Below, piece by piece: positions 61,834-64,000 of a DNA stretch of 64,000 nucleotides (its first letter is position 1; every line of letters starts with the position of its first letter). A program made the translations under genes and the position numbers. Source of the stretch: Microcystis sp. LSC13-02 (GTDB taxonomy: Bacteria; Cyanobacteriota; Cyanobacteriia; Cyanobacteriales; Microcystaceae); assembly GCF_002282935.1 (NCBI RefSeq), contig NZ_MTBT01000043.1. One strand, 5' to 3'. Under the pieces are notes generated by a model. The model was not told the DNA's origin. It was given only the letters and a program-made list of their open reading frames with translations, and made no database searches.

Positions 61834-64000
61834 TTACACTTTGTCGCCGCGAAGTATTTTGAATATATCAGTAACAATTCTGTTTCTAATTTCCTCTAAA
61901 GAACCTGATTTGCCAGAATTTTTCTGACTTTCCAAGTAACTTTTAACCCCTTTAAATTGTTGTACTAGATGGCCACTATAGCGATTTTGCCCCAAAGAAT
62001 AATCAGGATTATTCGATCTTATAATAGTTTGAGCATCGTGTAAATCATTCAAAAGATAGGCGACCTCTGGCCAATAGCTGTTATATTTTTCGTAGTTATA
62101 CAAAAGGAGAATTACTCGACAGGTTGCTGCAAAAATTTTCCCTTTAGCGGTAAACTGAGTTAACCGGTGAGGATATAAGCCTCTAATTTGAAAATCTTCG
62201 GGCATTTTTTGATTATTATTTTGCTTTTGCTCGGTAAATATTCGCTGAAGATAGGTTTTTTCTCCTCTTTTTTCATCCACTGTTCCCTCAGATGCAATTG
62301 CCGCTCCTAAAGTAAACCTTTTCATAGCCATAAGAATACGTTCTTCTAATCCTTCTTCCTGATTATCTTTACAAAGTTCCACCAGTCCCAACCCAAATAA
62401 AAGAAGACTAGCGTGAATACCAAATAAATAAATTTTATTATCTGAATTTGAGTCAAGGTAAGTTAATGCTGACATGGGTAGCTGTATAATTTTTTGTTGA
62501 GATTGACTAGATTGAAATATTTTTTGATAAAACTCGTCTAAGTGGCTGCTGCCCTTTCCGATTTCAATAATTGGGGGAATAGTTTGCACATAAATATCAT
62601 TGTATTGTTCATAAACTATATTTGATATACTAAACTCTGTCTGTTTACCACTATAATTTTTTATCTGTTGATAAGATTTTCTGCCTCGCTCTCCATAACA
62701 ATCAAGAGCATTTTTAATTAAACGTTCGGCCCATTCTAGACAATTTTGGCGGGTAAATTGTCCCTTTAATAGCTTGGTGTCTCCGACATAAGCAGTGATT
62801 AAATAAGACCAAATTTGATACACTGTCCAGTAAGCATAGTAATTAGCATCACCGTCTCTAGCCGCATAAATACGAGCTTTTTCTAAGAGACGAAGAGGTT
62901 CAATTAATAAATGAGTTTTGGGACTGGGTAATTGAGCAATGTAAGGAAAAAAGAGATAAATTTTAGCGCGGTGCGAATAGATACGAGATAGATAATAGAA
63001 AAAAGGATGAACATTAGTTTGAGAGTATTCACCAATTATTGCGTATTCTTTCAAATATTCCTGCAAATATTCTTCAGCAATGTTCAAACATTCTTCAGCT
63101 TTACGAATTGCAGAACCCCTTTCTTGATGGTCACGTTCCTCATCTTCAAGGTCTGTATAAAAATGATAATCAAATAGACAGATATGGTAGAGACTAACTA
63201 ATAGTTTATCGTCTAGTCGTCCCTTTTCGATATGGGGTTTAATAACCTCAAGATATTTTTTGGCAATACGATAGAGACCTTCTTGAAGATATACTTGAGT
63301 AATTGCCAAATGTGCTTCATAGGCCACCATACTCCAAGCTTGATTATTATTAACTTCCTTGAAATTTCTCTCATCCCAATTGCGATATTTATCCTTAAAC
63401 AGTTTTTTTTCTAAATAATCTTGCATAGCCCTGAGAGAGAAAGGGTAAAATTTTATCCAGTTTTCTGCTTTTTTTAGTATATATTTTTCCTCAATCCTCT
63501 GACAAAGTTGTTGTAGATATTGCTGGGAATCAATTGCCGTTTTTTCAATAGCTCTCAGTCGAGCGTGAAGGGCAGACTTAGCGGCAGATTCTAGAAGATC
63601 GAATCCGTAAAATTCTCCTGTTGCTAATTCTTGATCGGCGACAATTTGATTATAATCAATTTCATCTTTTAGAGAGTTTTTTACATCTTTTTGTTTACAT
63701 AACTTAACCAGAGAATAAGACCAAACAGCACTATTTCTTGTATTGCCAATCACTTTATCTTCACTGACTATTTTTTGGGTGACAGGCAGATAGCCTTGCT
63801 TTTTCAAAATATCTATCCCCTCAAACAAAAATCGATTAATTGCGGTGGTAATATGGGCGATAGGACTGCCCACACCTACCACTTCTTCACAAAATTCTAA
63901 TCGATTGTTTGATTCTTCTTGCTTGAAAAATGGGCTGATTTCTAAGGTTGGTTGCCAGTTCTCTGGGGGATAAACATAAAAATACACTCGCACCCTATAA
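61834..64000 (-). CDS. Large alpha-helical/TPR-like repeat protein of unknown function; the N-terminus probably lies beyond the window
   Basis: The ORF has its stop at 61836-61834. The track start is GTG at 63993, but the frame stays open to the window edge. The protein is rich in Tyr/Trp/Leu and has TPR-like stretches (AWSMVAYEAHLAITQVYLQEGLYRIAKKYLEVIKP; YAYWTVYQIWSYLITAYVG). I recognise no catalytic motif. Confidence 0.6.
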   Translation of the reverse strand, partial: YRVRVYFYVYPPENWQPTLEISPFFKQEESNNRLEFCEEVVGVGSPIAHITTAINRFLFEGIDILKKQGYLPVTQKIVSEDKVIGNTRNSAVWSYSLVKLCKQKDVKNSLKDEIDYNQIVADQELATGEFYGFDLLESAAKSALHARLRAIEKTAIDSQQYLQQLCQRIEEKYILKKAENWIKFYPFSLRAMQDYLEKKLFKDKYRNWDERNFKEVNNNQAWSMVAYEAHLAITQVYLQEGLYRIAKKYLEVIKPHIEKGRLDDKLLVSLYHICLFDYHFYTDLEDEERDHQERGSAIRKAEECLNIAEEYLQEYLKEYAIIGEYSQTNVHPFFYYLSRIYSHRAKIYLFFPYIAQLPSPKTHLLIEPLRLLEKARIYAARDGDANYYAYWTVYQIWSYLITAYVGDTKLLKGQFTRQNCLEWAERLIKNALDCYGERGRKSYQQIKNYSGKQTEFSISNIVYEQYNDIYVQTIPPIIEIGKGSSHLDEFYQKIFQSSQSQQKIIQLPMSALTYLDSNSDNKIYLFGIHASLLLFGLGLVELCKDNQEEGLEERILMAMKRFTLGAAIASEGTVDEKRGEKTYLQRIFTEQKQNNNQKMPEDFQIRGLYPHRLTQFTAKGKIFAATCRVILLLYNYEKYNSYWPEVAYLLNDLHDAQTIIRSNNPDYSLGQNRYSGHLVQQFKGVKSYLESQKNSGKSGSLEEIRNRIVTDIFKILRGDKV

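Overview
This is a cyanobacterial chromosome segment of the Microcystis type. Support for that: six exact HIP1 octamers (GCGATCGC), STRR-like tandem heptamers, and the gene order mcyC-B-A <-> mcyD-E-F-G-H-I-J. About 54.4 kb (7061-61481) is a complete, apparently intact ten-gene microcystin synthetase (mcy) NRPS/PKS cluster. mcyABC lies on the minus strand and mcyD-J on the plus strand, separated by a 740-bp divergent promoter region (25696-26435). The left flank holds an FHA-GGDEF-EAL signalling gene that runs off the window edge and is missing from the ORF track, a decayed EAL pseudogene, an APH-like/P-loop kinase fusion, a Uma2-family endonuclease and a secreted FAD oxidoreductase. The right flank holds a truncated, frameshifted dnaN remnant abutting mcyJ, then a large AT-rich gene for a helical-repeat protein of unknown function that probably continues past the window. 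I saw no rRNA, tRNA, CRISPR array or transposase. I did not find a convincing new system: the dominant system is the well-described mcy cluster. Four details deserve a second look. (1) The first acyltransferase domain of McyD lacks all three catalytic motifs and a subdomain. (2) The McyC adenylation specificity code reads DVWTIGFVYK rather than the Arg code I remember. (3) The dnaN breakpoint sits next to an uncharacterised 719+ aa ORF. (4) There are short palindromes and repeats in the mcy intergenic spacers. All motif calls were made by eye, and no database search or computation was possible.
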